Below, in pieces: positions 28,581 through 43,978 of a stretch of 64,000 bases of DNA; the first letter of the stretch is position 1; each line of letters starts with the position of its first letter. Under the pieces are notes generated by a model, which was not told the origin of the DNA, ran no database searches, and saw nothing but the letters and a program-made list of their open reading frames with translations. The position numbers were made by a program, and so were the translations under genes. The stretch lies in assembly GCF_009914755.1 (NCBI RefSeq), contig NC_060930.1. The stretch is one strand, 5' to 3'. Source of the DNA: the human T2T-CHM13v2.0 reference genome, Homo sapiens.

Positions 28581-29313
28581 CTCATAAAAAGGTTTATGTT
28601 AAGTTTTTTTGTTAGTTTTGTTTTTTGCTTATCTAGAAAATATACTTTAAAAGGACTGGGACCACCTATGTTTTGCTCACCAAGCTGACCTCATCATATC
28701 ATGCCTGGCACATAAATACTCAATAAATACTTGTTGAATAAACACATGAAAGTCCCTGTCAGAGTAGCCTGTGCAAACATGTGTCCTGAAAGATGTGGAT
28801 AAGAATATCAATCACATAGTCTGCCTTGTGAATATTACTTAAAATCTCGTTAAAAGCCTTCCCAACTTGGTTTATAAAAATAAAATAAAGCTAATGGATG
28901 CCATTATTTCTATGCTGTTGTGTATATTTTAGCTAATAGAATTGAGGTATTTTAATATTATGTTAAAATCAAATGATAAAGAATACTCAACATAAGTAAA
29001 AGTGAAAGTTAACGGTACTTAAAATTGTATGCATTTCATGATTTCTGGGAATGATTCTGCATGGATACTGATAGTCTATTCACAAGAGAACAAATTACAT
29101 TATTCTTTAGCTACAGAATTTTCTGCAGTTTTGGACATATAAAAAGATATCTACTGATTCCCATGATAAACATTACCAGTATCACTGCAAACATGCAGCA
29201 TCTCTTTTATCCAAATTAGAAGCTCACATATGAGGGAAAATTAAAATTCTGTTGGTATTAAAAGATGTTTAAGATTTTTTTCAATACCTGTAGATGTTGA
29301 TTCTATATAGCTT

Positions 29314-29628
<315 letters not shown>

Positions 29629-29712
29629 TAGCTTAAAAAGAGCACAGTTGCTACATGGAACAGTTTCAATTGGGGTAAATGTGTAAGAAATTTGATCTAC
29701 GACTACTTTTTA

Positions 29713-30142
<430 letters not shown>

Positions 30143-30959
30143 TTAGCTCCTTTTATATAGTGAGTACAAAGCACCTAACTCTTGTCTTCCTGAAGTTTGA
30201 GCTGAATAGAGCATTAATATGCTGTAACTTGAGTTATAGGAGTAATATAAAAACTAATAATAGAATCATTCTTTGGTTTTATAGAATCATTTTAGATCGT
30301 ATCATCTGCACATGCTTCCAAAGGAGTGGTACTTATAGTATCTTCAATAAGCTACCTGATAAATTAACTGATTATGGATGGTAGTAGTTCAAAATACTAA
30401 CTCCTAAGACTGTGTTTGTAAAATACTTTAAAGTTAACAAAGTGCTCTCATGTACATAACTTACGTAACTTAACAATCAAAAAGTAACCTTTGTGAGGTA
30501 AGTAGAGTTATTACCATTTTACAGATGAGGAAATGACAGATGTTAATTGTCTTGCTCAACTTCTCGCAGCTAGAGATGGAAATGGGAATAAGCCCTCGCT
30601 TACCAGGCCAAGTACCCTTTCTCCTACATGGCATTTGCTTTTCAAATGATATTAGCAGCCGTAGGAGTATCTACCCTTTGCTTCTTGTTTGGAAATAGTA
30701 CTTTTAAGGCTTCTGTCTGTTAGATGAAGAACAAGATCTTTTCACTGCGTGTTCTTGAATCTAACTGAAAAACCTAACACAATCTACCACCACTAACAAT
30801 GAAACCTTATTAATTGGTGGTGGGGGTGAGGGGAATACAGCTTACCTTTCTGAGACACTTATGAAGAAGAGATGTTCAACGTATATGTAATGCATTAAAA
30901 TTGTTAATTTGTTCCCAAAAGAAAACCTAGCCACTAATTTTATAAACATTAAGTCTTAA

Positions 30960-31453
<494 letters not shown>

Positions 31454-31886
31454 CCACCTTCCCCCTTTCCCCCTTCCCTTCCCTCCCCTCCCCTCCCCTC
31501 TCCTTCCCTTCCCTTCCTTTTGTCTACCTCTCTCTTTCTTTCTTTTTACCTGACTTCACCTGCACAAAAATTTTGTTGATGGAAAGTACAGTGTGACTTG
31601 CCCTGTGGCCCTGCATCTCTGAGGGATGCCCCTGGGAAGAAGAAACCCCAGAGAGCTCCTGTAGTTTTCCAGGGAAACAAACTAAATTTCACAGTAACAG
31701 GATTGGTTCTTCTGAACACTGTCTCTTAAGTGTTGGCAACCTTCTGGTATAGAAAAGAATCTGGAAGAATATGTATTATATTTTATCATTGGTTATTTTA
31801 TAGAATTAGTATATATAGTTGTATTAGATGATGGAAAATTGTTACTTTTCATGTTAAACAATTCTGTCTTATTTGATTTATTATTA

Positions 31887-34800
31887 CAAGTTGAGTATTT
31901 CTTATCTGAAATGCTTGGTACTAGAAGTGTTTTGGATTTCAGATTTTTTTGGATTTTGGAATATTTGCATATACATCATGAGATATCTTGGGGATAAGAC
32001 CCAAATCTAAACACGAAATTTATGTTTCATATATACCTATACACATAGCCTGAAGATAATTGTATACAATGTTTTTAATAATATTGTGCATGACAAAGTT
32101 TATGTACATTGAACCATCAGAAAACAAAGGTGTCACTATCTCAGGCACCCACGTGGACAATCTGTGCTTGCTTGGTATCACCATCATTCCTGACTCTGAA
32201 TTTACATGCTGCTGATAAGCAATCACTTCTCCTTTTTTTCATTTCTTTTTTATTTTCTTTTTTTGAGACAAGATCTTGCTGTGTTGCTCAGGTTAAAGTG
32301 CAGTGGCACGATCACAGCTCACTGAAGCCTTAACCTCCTGGGCTCAGGTGATCATCCCATCTCAGCCTCCCAAGCAGCTGGGAATACAGGTGTACACCAC
32401 TGCTCTCGGCTAATTATTGTAGTTTGTTGTAGAGGTGGGGTTTCACCATGTTATCCATGGCTGGTCTTGAACTCCTTGACTCAAACAGCCTGCCTGCCTA
32501 AGCCTCCCAAAGTGCTAGGATTACAGGTGTGAACCACCATGCCTCACTACAGTCATGTTCTTAGACTTATTCACACATAAGTACTTATGGTAAAAAAAAT
32601 AACATACCATTAATACAGTGAAAAAAATAATGTGTTCAGGGCAACTAAGCCCAGTAGCATCACCAAATACCTATACCCACTGTTAACAGCAACAACAATG
32701 GCAGGCTTTCAGTCTGTATGTGCAAATTATGTATTCTGATTAAAAAGTTACTGTACACTGTATTTTTTGTAGGTGAGAAGAAACATCAGTAATAGTTGAG
32801 GGACCAGAAAGTGGGTCCTCTGAGGATGAGGAGGCATTCTGCTGGATGGCCTTTTCAAATATTTCCTCCAGAGTCATCTGCCTCATTAACAATGGTGTTT
32901 GTCTTAGAAGTCTCTTTGATTTTATAAACTGACATCATTTCTTATTCTGTTATACATGCACGCTGCTCTAGTCCTTCAATAAGCTCATCACACATCCACT
33001 ATGTCATCTATAGGCACTTTTTCTGCAGTGTTAATGGTATCTTCCTTGTCACTATTATCACAATCATTTTCATTGACAACCATTTCAGCTTTTTCATCAG
33101 CAGTCAATGAATGAAGAACTGTAGCCTCTTTGTTGATGTTAAAAAAAACTTCATTGATGTCTTCCAGCTTACTGACTCTGAAGGTATATTTTTTGCATAT
33201 GTAAGGAGGTCATACATCATTTTTTCTCTCATCTGATATACGGAATCCTTCAAAGTCACCACGTTGTTCATCATCATCACTGAACCCACCAGAGCTTGTG
33301 CCAGGTATGCACAACTGTATCTTTAGTCATGTGTTCTAAACATTGGCAACAGCATATATGGCATCCCTCATGCTAAACTCCTTTTGAAAATCTTCTACAC
33401 TTATGCCTCTCTTCACTGCTGCTAGCATGCTGTTTAAGAAAGCATTATTTAATCCTCATTGATCTAAGGATACCTTGTCACATGGGTGAAGTAGAGTAGT
33501 CACATTTTAGGGAAAGTACGTGGCATAAACATTATTTTTGATGAGAATTTCCACTGGAGGATGAGCAGGACAGATGTGAAGGAATAACAAATTCTTGCAA
33601 CTGTCATCCAGTGCAACTTCCCTGCAGTGAACACAAGCTCCTGGTACCAAGTGCTTATGAAACTAATCAGAAAAGACACCCCTGGTGATCTAAGCCTTTT
33701 TATTAGCATAATGGATTGGTAAGAAATTCACTCCTTGGAAACAGCAAAGACACAAGCTTTTGCCTGTCATAGCCAGATTACACTTATGCATGCCTGCTGC
33801 ATCAGCACATCCCTGCACAGTTGTTCTGTCCTTGGCATCCTTAATTCCTGTAGAGGCTGTCTCAGCTCTAGTCAGTGTCTTTCCGGGGCAATAACACCAA
33901 AACGGTGATGTTTTATCAGCATTGCAAACTTGTTGTGGAGTCAAATTTTCATCAGCAATGACCTTGGCAAATTCATCAATTAATTTCTCTGCTGCTTTGT
34001 GATCAGCAGATGCTTCATCACCACACATCTTTGAAAATTTGATGCTGTGTCTTTTCTAAAATTTCCGTAACCAGCCTTTTGATTATTTACAGTTTCCTTC
34101 AATTTTCAGTTCACTGTGATAGATCTAGCATGTTTATGGCCAGCATACCATTAAATGGCATGTGTTCAGTGTAAGGCTGATGGATCCACCCTTTCAATAC
34201 ATGATCAAGATCTTCATTTCTAGCTTTATACAGTGTTTTCCTCCCTCCTCCCCTTCCTTTTTTCTCTCCTTTTCTTTTCCCTCCCTCCCTCCCTTCCTTC
34301 CTTCCTTCCTTCCTTCCTTCCTTCTTTCTTTCCTTCCTACCTATGAGGTCTTGCTCTGTCACCCAGGCTGGAGTGCAGTGGCACAATCATAGCTCACTGC
34401 AGCCTCAAACTCCTGGGCTCAAGTGATACTCTGACCTCATCCTCTTGAGTAGCTAGGACTACAGGCACACACCACCACACCTGGCTTTTGTTTGTTTTTT
34501 GTAGAGCCATAGTCTCACTATGTTGCTAGTATTGAACTCCTGGGCTCAAGTGATCCTCCTGCCTTGGCCTCCCAACACACTGAGATTACAGGTGTGAGCC
34601 ACCATGCATGGAGTGTTTACTATTTTTTAACTTAACTTCTGTTCATCATTTTCAGGATGGAACTTCAACAATTTATCTTTTTGTTTCTTCAGGTCATATA
34701 AGGTGGTCATTCCAACACCATATTTTTCTGTCTGGTTTCTCCAATAGCTTGATTTTCTTTGCTACAGATAAACATAAACGCTTCCCCTTTTTCTTGTCAC

Positions 34801-35227
34801 TGTTACTCATAGAAGTATCTGCAGGCCTTTTTGAAATTTTCAAAAATGTCAGAGCAGAGTATAAGCAAAGAGTCATAGTGATTAATACATGAAGTTCTTG
34901 GTGCTATGTGGAGCATGGTGGAGAATCTGCTATTGGTGCATCCAGCCTGCTGCACACATGCCATTTTATTACCTTTTGTCTGTGTGTGTGCGTGGGAAGG
35001 GGAATCTGGACATGTGCAGAAAAGATGTATTGCAGCTGAAGGGGGATGGGAGGGTCTTTTTTGCCTTGGGGACACTGAGTAAATTGTGTGTTATGTACTT
35101 GTGTTTTGACTGCGACTTGTCACAGGAGGTCAAGTGTGGAATAGTCCCCTTGTGGCCAATGCTCAAAAAGTTTTAGATTTTGGAGCATTTCAGATTTCAG
35201 ATTTTCAGATTAGGAATGCTCAATCTG
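31887..35227 (-). mobile_element. Near full-length Tigger4/Zombi-type (pogo/TcMar) DNA transposon, decayed, interrupted by two Alus
   Basis: Terminal inverted repeats (CAAGTTGAGTATTTCTTATCTGAAA / rc CAGATTGAGCATTCCTAATCTGAAA), each flanked by TA. Minus-strand ORF remnants resemble a CENP-B/Jerky-like HTH N-terminus (KKKGKRLCLSVAKKIKLLEK) and a pogo DDE start (CGDEASAD...ENLTPQQVCNADKT). Confidence 0.88.
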
Positions 35228-36767
35228 TATTATTATTATATTTTACAAAGAGCATGGGTTGCTTTCATAATCAGAAGGAGATATTTTACAATAAAATAGT
35301 TGGAAGAAAGATATTTAAAACCTCAAGTAATTGAGTAATGCACAGGTATTAGTGTTCACTTATGATCATAGATGAGACAGAAAATAAACTGTTAGTAGTG
35401 TAATTAACAAATGGCATCATTTATACAAATAGTTACTGAATCTACATTAGTTATTTGAGGGAATTTAAATCACAGGAATACATGACCATAGGTAACATAT
35501 ACAAAGTGCTCACTCTCTGCCAGGTGCTAGTCTTAAGAGCTTTACATGGCTTACCTCATTTAATCCCCTCTACTATCCTATGAGGTAATTATTTATACAT
35601 GGAGAAGACCAGGTATAGAGAAGATGGCCTACAACAATACAGAACATAGCAGAGGCTTGAAAAGCACTCTTCGATTAAGAATTGCACTCATCTGTTCAGA
35701 ATTGCCCTAACTGCTGAGAACCCTGAAACCAGTGAGGAAACCCAGGCAAGACCCAGTAGCGGGAGAGCTGAGATCTGGATATGTCTCCACATAATTCCCC
35801 AGGCTTGAACACTTAGCCCCTCTCCTATACGTCCCTGAGTAGATGTGGAGTTCTAAACTGATTCTACAGCTCTGAAAAGAAGTGTCCTGATTGCCATTAA
35901 CATTTTGAAGGGGGTCAGTAAGGCCATAATAAGCTTCTGAAATTCCTTAGAAACCTAGTTCACATCCCACTAATTTTTGCTCTTTTTAGCATGGCATCAG
36001 GAAACTTCTCTGGTCCAGTCTTTGATGATGAAGGAAACTTTGGGATGTGGCAGTGGAGTTGTGTTTTTTGGGAAGTTGCACTGTGCCTACATACTGTTTA
36101 TTTTGGTGAGCTGAATGATAGACTTGTGATACACTTCAAACTATCCACTTCCATTTAAAAACTGGCTCTTCAAGTTCTCAAAACCTCTTATCAGACTGAA
36201 ACTCAGCCAAGGTTAAAACTGCCAAGTATCTCTCTACTTTCCTGACCCCACTGCTCAAGGACTCCTATTTAGCACACTGTATTATCGAACAGCTTTTGCA
36301 GAGTCTTTGTGTGGAAGCTGTGTGTGTGTGAGATAATCTTTTTTTTAGCATCTTTTTTTTTCTCCTCACCGTAAGTATGACCACAGTCTTCAAAAAACAA
36401 ACAAACAAAAAAGAAGCGCTGTCTTCAGACATGTTAAGAAACATGTGCTTTTAAAAAATGTGTACGCTTTATATTAACTTTTACATACAATATGAGTAGA
36501 ATATCACAAAGGTCTACTGAATTAAAATCAAGATATTAATATATACCTTAAGTCACAATTATTGGATAGGTGACATACTTCATAAGGACAACTGTTTGGT
36601 TCACGTTGCTTATGTTTGTGTTTTAAAATCATAGCAATAAACTTTTGTTTTAAATGCACGAGAATTTACTTTCCAGAAATTATAATTTATCCATGATTCA
36701 CAGCAGCCTCCATGTCTTCTTTAAAGAAGAATACACCTTAAGGAGCATGGAGAAACCCAAGGAGAGG

Positions 36768-38985
36768 TGTATCAGGTAGCTTTGTCAGTATAACAAGCCA
36801 CCCCCAAATAACAATTTTCTATTTCTCATGGGTGCTAGGATTAAATGAGATAATCCATGTAAACCTTCCACAACAGTCTCTGGCAGATAGTAAGCACCTG
36901 TGATTCTTCTACGGATCTCACCTGGACTCAGTCATGCAGCTGTAGAGGTGGGTCAGCTGGGGGCTGGCCTAGCTCTCCGTGCGGTCTTCATCCTCCAGGA
37001 GGCTAGTCTGAGCTTTCTCACATAATGGTTTCAGTGTTCCCAGAGCAGATAAGCCCCAAGGTGCTAGTGCTGTTGAAGCCTCTGCTTGCTCCATGTTTCC
37101 TCCCATCCTCTTGGTCAAAGCAAGTCTCATGGCCAAGGGTAGAGAAACTGATTCAAAGGGTAGAGAGACCGACACCACTTCTTGATGGGACGTGCTGCTA
37201 AGAATTTGTTGCCATTTGTTGTAATCAAGTATAGTCTGTCTCTGACAAAAATTATTCACATTTCTTTTGCAAGAAAAATATGCTCCCTCCCATCCCAGGA
37301 TTCCCCGAAGTCTCATCAGATTATAGTATTAGCCTCGAAGTCTAGAGACTTATGCCTGATCTGCATGAGATCTAGATACAGTTCAGACTCCTCAGAGATA
37401 GCTCTTCTTATGCTGATCCTCTTGATCCCAAGACAATGAACAGGCTGTCTTTCCCATACACATCCAACATATAATGATGAGATAGGAAAAGGATAACAAA
37501 AGTAGACACCCCATTTAAAAAAAAAAAAGAGCCATTAACAGGATACATATGACAACCACTGGTCCATAGCAGTTCTGTCCAAGCACATGTTACCAGGTGC
37601 CCCTGATCCTGGGCTAGGCCATGTTCCTTGATTAGGACCCAGCTCTGCTTTTCAGAAGTGGTTTCTTGGTTTATATTCCTCCACTGCTCTTGGCTCTACC
37701 CTCTGAAACTCTTCTTTTCCCACAACAAATGGCTTATTTTTGCTCCTAAATAGCTTCATTGGCCTAGATCCTGATCATAAAAAGTTGGGGACCCAGAGGC
37801 CTCTTTTCCTTTGAAAAGTCTTTGTATTTTTAGGCCAAGGTTGTGTGTGTGCTTTTTAGTAAAATTCTCTTAAAAACTTTGTGGATTTCCAAATACTCTA
37901 ATTAGGCTCCATGCCCCTAAAACCTATGTTCATAATTGTTTTCATGTTAGACCTCTGTCTACTTCAGGCTGAGGATCAGGTTGTTTGAGACAACACACTT
38001 AGAGTCTTAGAGCTCACTTTGTCTAGCTGAGAAGGTCTGCGAGGCAGCTTATTCAATTTTACCGAGGTCTAAGGCCATTTCTTACTTAGAATTGTTTCTT
38101 CCAGTTGAAGAGACTGGAGAGATAAAAAGTTTTTATTTTCCTATCTTGTGAGTTCTGGTTTCTCTCTATTTTCTCTAAATAATGCTTGCAAACTAGATGA
38201 TTCAATTTTTAGTTTGTCTCTATCATGCAGAACTTCTATGTAGTTATAGACACACTCAAAACACTTTCAACATTGTCTGGAGATCTTTGCAGCGAGATGC
38301 AAAATTCATACCAACATTTTCAGCCTTTGGAGCTGCCATAGGCAACAGTGTTGCCAAGTGTTTGGCTGCCTATGATATGGGCTGCCTTTTCCCCTGACTG
38401 CTCTCGCAGTTTCCTCACCACTTCCACCCTCCTCTGACAGTCTGCATGCCATCTTTCCAGTTTTACTTAACAGTTACATCACTGCTTTTCACCTGCTATC
38501 TGGTGCCAAAGCCAAGGTGGAATGTTTTAGGTTTCTGTTCTGGCAGCATGCCACTTCTAGGTACCAATTTTTCTGTCATTTAGCTTATGCTATGTAAGAA
38601 GCTGCTACCCATTTTGGTGGTTTCAAACACAACGATTTATTATTTCTCACTATCCTGTTGATTGGCTGAGCAGTCTTCTGTTGGGCTCTCCGCGGCTCCT
38701 TCATTTTCAGTCTTTTGTTAGGTTAGCTGGTGGTTGTGCTCAGCCTCGAGTACTGCTCAGCTGGGCATCATCTTCCTGCAGGCTAGCCCAGGCTTCGTCA
38801 TATAGTGGAATTAAGCTACCCAATAGCAAGCCCTTTTGCACAAATGCTTTTCAAACCTCTGCTTGCATCATATTTGCTAATGTCTCAATGGTCAAAGCAA
38901 ATCTCAGTCTCATAGCCACCCTCAGACTCAAGGAGTTGAGAAATAGTCTGTACCTCTTGATCAGAGAAGCTGCAAAGAATTTGTA
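36768..38985 (-). mobile_element. Ancient MaLR (MLT1-type) LTR-internal-LTR element
   Basis: Two similar same-orientation MLT1-like LTRs (~36768-37230, ~38574-38985) around ~1.35 kb; typical MaLR int/LTR junction CCACTTCTAGGTACCAATTTTTC|TG at 38551-38575. Confidence 0.7.
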
Positions 38986-38991
38986 GTAAGA

Positions 38992-39296
<305 letters not shown>

Positions 39297-39482
39297 AGAA
39301 AAGTTTTTTTTGCACCCTTTCACAAAGAGTATGTACAAATTCAAGGGGAAAGAATGGGGCCACCTAGGAGGTCAGATCAAGAATGTGGGATGAGAACAGA
39401 TGCTCACCACGTCATGGAAATAATCTAATTGGTTGATGTATTCATGGTTCTGATACTATCTGGTACTACAATACTAACATTA

Positions 39483-39895
39483 GGCCAGGCACAGTGGCAC
39501 ACATCTGTAATTACAGCACTTTGGGAGGTTGAGGCAGAGGGGATCACTTGTGCTCCAGAGTTTGAGACCAGCCTGGGCAACAGGCAAAACCCCATCTCTA
39601 CAAAAGATATAAAAATTAGCCCGCAGTCCCAGCTACTCGGGAGGCTGAGGCGGGTGGATCACTTGAGGCCAAGAGTTCGAGACCAACCTGGCCAATGTAA
39701 TGAAACCCTGTCTCTACTAACAATGCCAGACATTAGCTGAGCATGGTGACACATGCCTGTAGTTTCAGCTACTCAGGAGGCTTAGGCATTGCTAAACATA
39801 GGAGGCAGAGGCTGCAGTGAGCCATGATTGTGCCACTGTACTCCAGCCTGGGCAACAGAGCGAGACCCTGTGTCAAACAATAATAATAATGATAA
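39483..39895 (+). mobile_element. Composite Alu with duplicated left-arm segment
   Basis: Two successive left-arm cores (GAGACCA..CTGG...TCTCTAC) before a single right arm. Confidence 0.8.
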
Positions 39896-40044
39896 TATAG
39901 TAAAATTAGTAGTTATCATTTGTTGAAGTCTCAATATATGCTACTCTCATGAAAATGCTTTATACATGTTAGAATTTTATTGCTGTAAATGGAAATGGCA
40001 ATTACATAAGAGTTTTTTTCCACTTTGCTAATAACATTGTTTTT

Positions 40045-40238
40045 TCTTCTGCCTCATCCTCCCGAGTAGCTGGGACTACAGGTATATGCCACCACGCCCA
40101 GCTGATTTTTGTATTTTCAGTAGAGATGGGGTTTCACCATGTTGACCAGGCTGGTCTTGAACTCCTGAACTTAGGTGATCCACACACTTCGGCCTCTCAA
40201 AGTGCTGGGATTACAGGCATGAGCCACCGCGCCCAGCC
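40045..40238 (-). mobile_element. Partial Alu
   Basis: Antisense left arm plus part of the right arm. Confidence 0.85.
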
Positions 40239-42098
40239 TTAATAACACTCTTTTAATCATTATTTGTATGTGAATACAATGAGCCTCTCTTTCCTCATCT
40301 TTACAGTGAAGGCACTGTGCAAGCTAGTCATTACAGGCTTTTTCTGCTCTCACCTTCTTTGATTTTACTTAACATGGTGGTTGGGTTGATTAAGGAAGGA
40401 ACACAGTAAGTAGCTGCTCCTTACCCACCTGACTTCCACACCCGTGGAGAAATAAGAAAGGAAAAGCAGTCAGAGGCCAAAGGGTCTCGTTAGTGACCGA
40501 TAAAGACAAGGTTGGAAGATGTGGCTTACATCTGTGGGACTGTGCATTCTGATCTTGAAGCCAGCATTAGCTGGATTTACCCTCCCTGGCCACAGCTGAT
40601 TTCACCCACCCCACCCAGGGGTAGTGCAGAGACAACACAGGTTCTCTGCTAAACCCACTTTTAGGAAAAAGAAAGAAGTGGCTGGGCTACTGCAGACAGG
40701 TTCTTCTTTTAGATTCACTAATTAGATAAGCAACTCCATGCCCCTTTGCAGGAGGAGGTGGAGAGGGATGCCAGAGAAGGGAAGAAACAGAGCAGAGAAT
40801 ATTGCTCCTTAACAACACTAGCGCCTCCCGACCTAGCACCTCCCCACACTAGCGCCTCCCACCCTAACTCCCCCAACAGCTTCAGTGCATGATTAAGTGG
40901 AAAGGGCATGAACTCAGGACCTGGACAGATGTGAGTTTAAATCCCAGACTTCTCTCTTACTCACTGGGTGAACTTAACTTCTCCGAGACCCAGTTATTAG
41001 TAAATCGAAAATGATGTTACCCTCCTCCCAAGGTTATTGTGAGGATTGTGGTGGATTTTATATCAGTTCTCCAGCACAATGACTGGTTTGGGGTGCACAC
41101 AGTCTGTCACTGAGATTCGTTTTTCCTTCCTTGCTTTACGGAGTGGGCTTGATTCTAGAGGGCTGCAGACACACGCAGAAAGTTACTATTATAGAATGTT
41201 TGCTTCTCGAATGTCTTTGCTTGCCACAGTCTCTAAAGGGAGTGAGAAGACTGTCAGTGGTGAGTGGAGATAACTGAGGAAGGGTTTGCTATTTTAACTC
41301 CCAGGAAAGAGAAACATTTTAAATCAAATCAAGCTGATCTTTGAACACATGGTTGAAAGATGTTAATAATGGCCATTTGAGTCATCAATAAATTGTGTCT
41401 AATGCCCTGTTTTTTAAAAAGCAAGGAAGTGTGTCCAGGCATTTTAGAAGAGGATTTCCAACAAAGATAAGTAGATGCCTTTGACATTTGAAGGGAGAAA
41501 CTTCAGTTACTGTAAAGGTTACTTACATGGAAAACCCTCATGCATTGATGATGTTGGATAACTCAGATATTTCCGTACCTTGTGTAAAAGATATCAGCCA
41601 TATATAAGAATATTTTTTCTGGGAGAATTTAACAGGAGTAACCAGGCAATGAGACTAGAATAAGTGGCCCAAAGGACACTGTTTACAAGAAAGAGGAACA
41701 GATAAAGGAATGTAAAAATTCTTAACTGGTGTTACGAGTTGGAAAAGAAAAGGTCATTGATGATTCTGGAAACTCCATGGATTTCTCCCTTTCAAAGATA
41801 CTTCATGGAATAGTTACAAAATATAAAGGAATTACTTAAAGGCATATATGTTTTCCAACTGGACTCAAAATCTATTCCCCATCATTTTTTAAACATAGAT
41901 CTTTGCTGTATTTTCCAGGCAAAGTTTTGCTTCACATTCTAGGGCCAAAGGGAAATCAGATGTAAGAGTTACAACAACTGTTTTAGTTTGTAAATACTAA
42001 TAGAGATACAAGTGGAAAAATTTGCACAGATGACTTGAGCCTTGAGGCCTTGACCCTTGAGTGCTCCTGTCTTTACTTTCTCCCTTAGCTCATCTACT

Positions 42099-42402
<304 letters not shown>

Positions 42403-43583
42403 TCATCTACTGTCCTTTCCTGCTGTGGCTTCTATGCACCTGACTGTAAAATTTACATCTCCAAGTGTCTGTATTCTGTTATTTCAGAGAGTTAATAATT
42501 TTATGGATTTTTTTTAAAGTTGTGGTGACTTACTCCCTGTTTTTAGGACTGTAACAACTGAAGTGTTGCAATGTTGGGGAAACTCTGATATGAAGAAATT
42601 TGTGTGGGAAAGAAAGTAGTGATTCTAATGGTGACAGTGTTTCCATGTGTTAATCCAGTTCTAAGAATTAGATGCTAATAATTGTTCCTAATAGAAAAGC
42701 TCAATTAGGGAATACGTTTCCTATTAGACTAACGATTTTAAAAGAAGCCTTCTTGTGGGGAGTTTAGGAAAAAGAAGCTAGTGTAGCTTTGTGGATTACG
42801 GATGGATTCTCAAGTAGTCACACTTTTGGGATTTATATCTCAACTCCATAACTGTATGACTTTAGGCAAACTGCTTAAACTCATTAGGCCTCAAACCTGT
42901 AGACTGGGGATGATGATAATACCTCATAAGGAATAAATGGGTTAATACCTGCCCATTGCTGAGTACCGCATTTGGCATTTTACAAATGCTTAATAAATGT
43001 TCACTGTAGAGCAGAATGTATGAAACCTACACAGGAGTAGCTGCTTTGATTTCCCGTGCATTTCTACAGAAAGCATCTGAAAGCATATTGCTAAAAGTGA
43101 AATCCCAGCTACCCACTGGCTGTTTATCAACTGTGCATATCAAACTGCCTTTTTCTCTTCACACACTGGCAGAAAATTCTGATTGAGGAAACTGAAAAGC
43201 GAATTATGTCAGAGGGCATCAAATGAGTAAAGTGATTGAAAAGTAGAGGCTGTCTCCTCCAGCAGTGGTTTGAATAACTCCTACCTGCTTTCTGCTTTAG
43301 AGCAAAGAGAAAACAAGAGACATTTAAAAATTATTTCTTCTAGCCTCAGACTTTTATCGTTATAAACCATTTCAATTAATACTCTTCAGCCTTTCAAATT
43401 TTGCTTTGAATGAGCCCTAAGACAATATTAAATGCGTTCTTGCCCAATGCACTTTAAGATACGATACAAGCTTTTTTTTTTTTTAAATTAACTTCGGAGC
43501 AGCAAGAAAATTAGAGCTATTCATTAGGAACTTTTTAGTTTTAACCTGTAATGTTTTGATGTTCAAAGAATAGTGTTTCCCTC

Positions 43584-43978
43584 TGTATTAGTCTGTTTTC
43601 ATGCTGCTGATAAAGACATATCTGAGACTGGGCAATTTACAAAAGAAAGAGGTTTAATGGACTTACAGTTCCACGTGGCTGGGGAGAACTTACAATCATG
43701 GTGAGGCAATGGTGAGGCATGGTGAATGCAAGGAGGGGCAAGTCACATCTTATGTGGATGGTGGCAGACAAAAAGAGAATGAAGAGGATGCAAAAGCAGA
43801 AACCTCTAATAAAACCATCAGATCTCATGACACTTATTCACTACCACCAGAACAGCATGGGGGAAACCGCCCCCATGATTCAGTTATCTCCCACCGGATC
43901 CCTCGCACAACGTGTGGGAATTATGGGAGTACCATTCAAGATGAGATTTGGGTGGGGACATAGAGCCAAACCATATCA
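43584..43978 (-). mobile_element. THE1-family solo LTR
   Basis: TGTATTAGTC...CCAAACCATATCA termini; 5-bp TSD CCCTC on both sides. Confidence 0.9.

Noticed and set aside
33690-34028. Transposase-like ORF as a possible domesticated TIGD gene
   Set aside because: Fragmented by frameshifts, stops and Alu insertions and lies within TIRs; a fossil.
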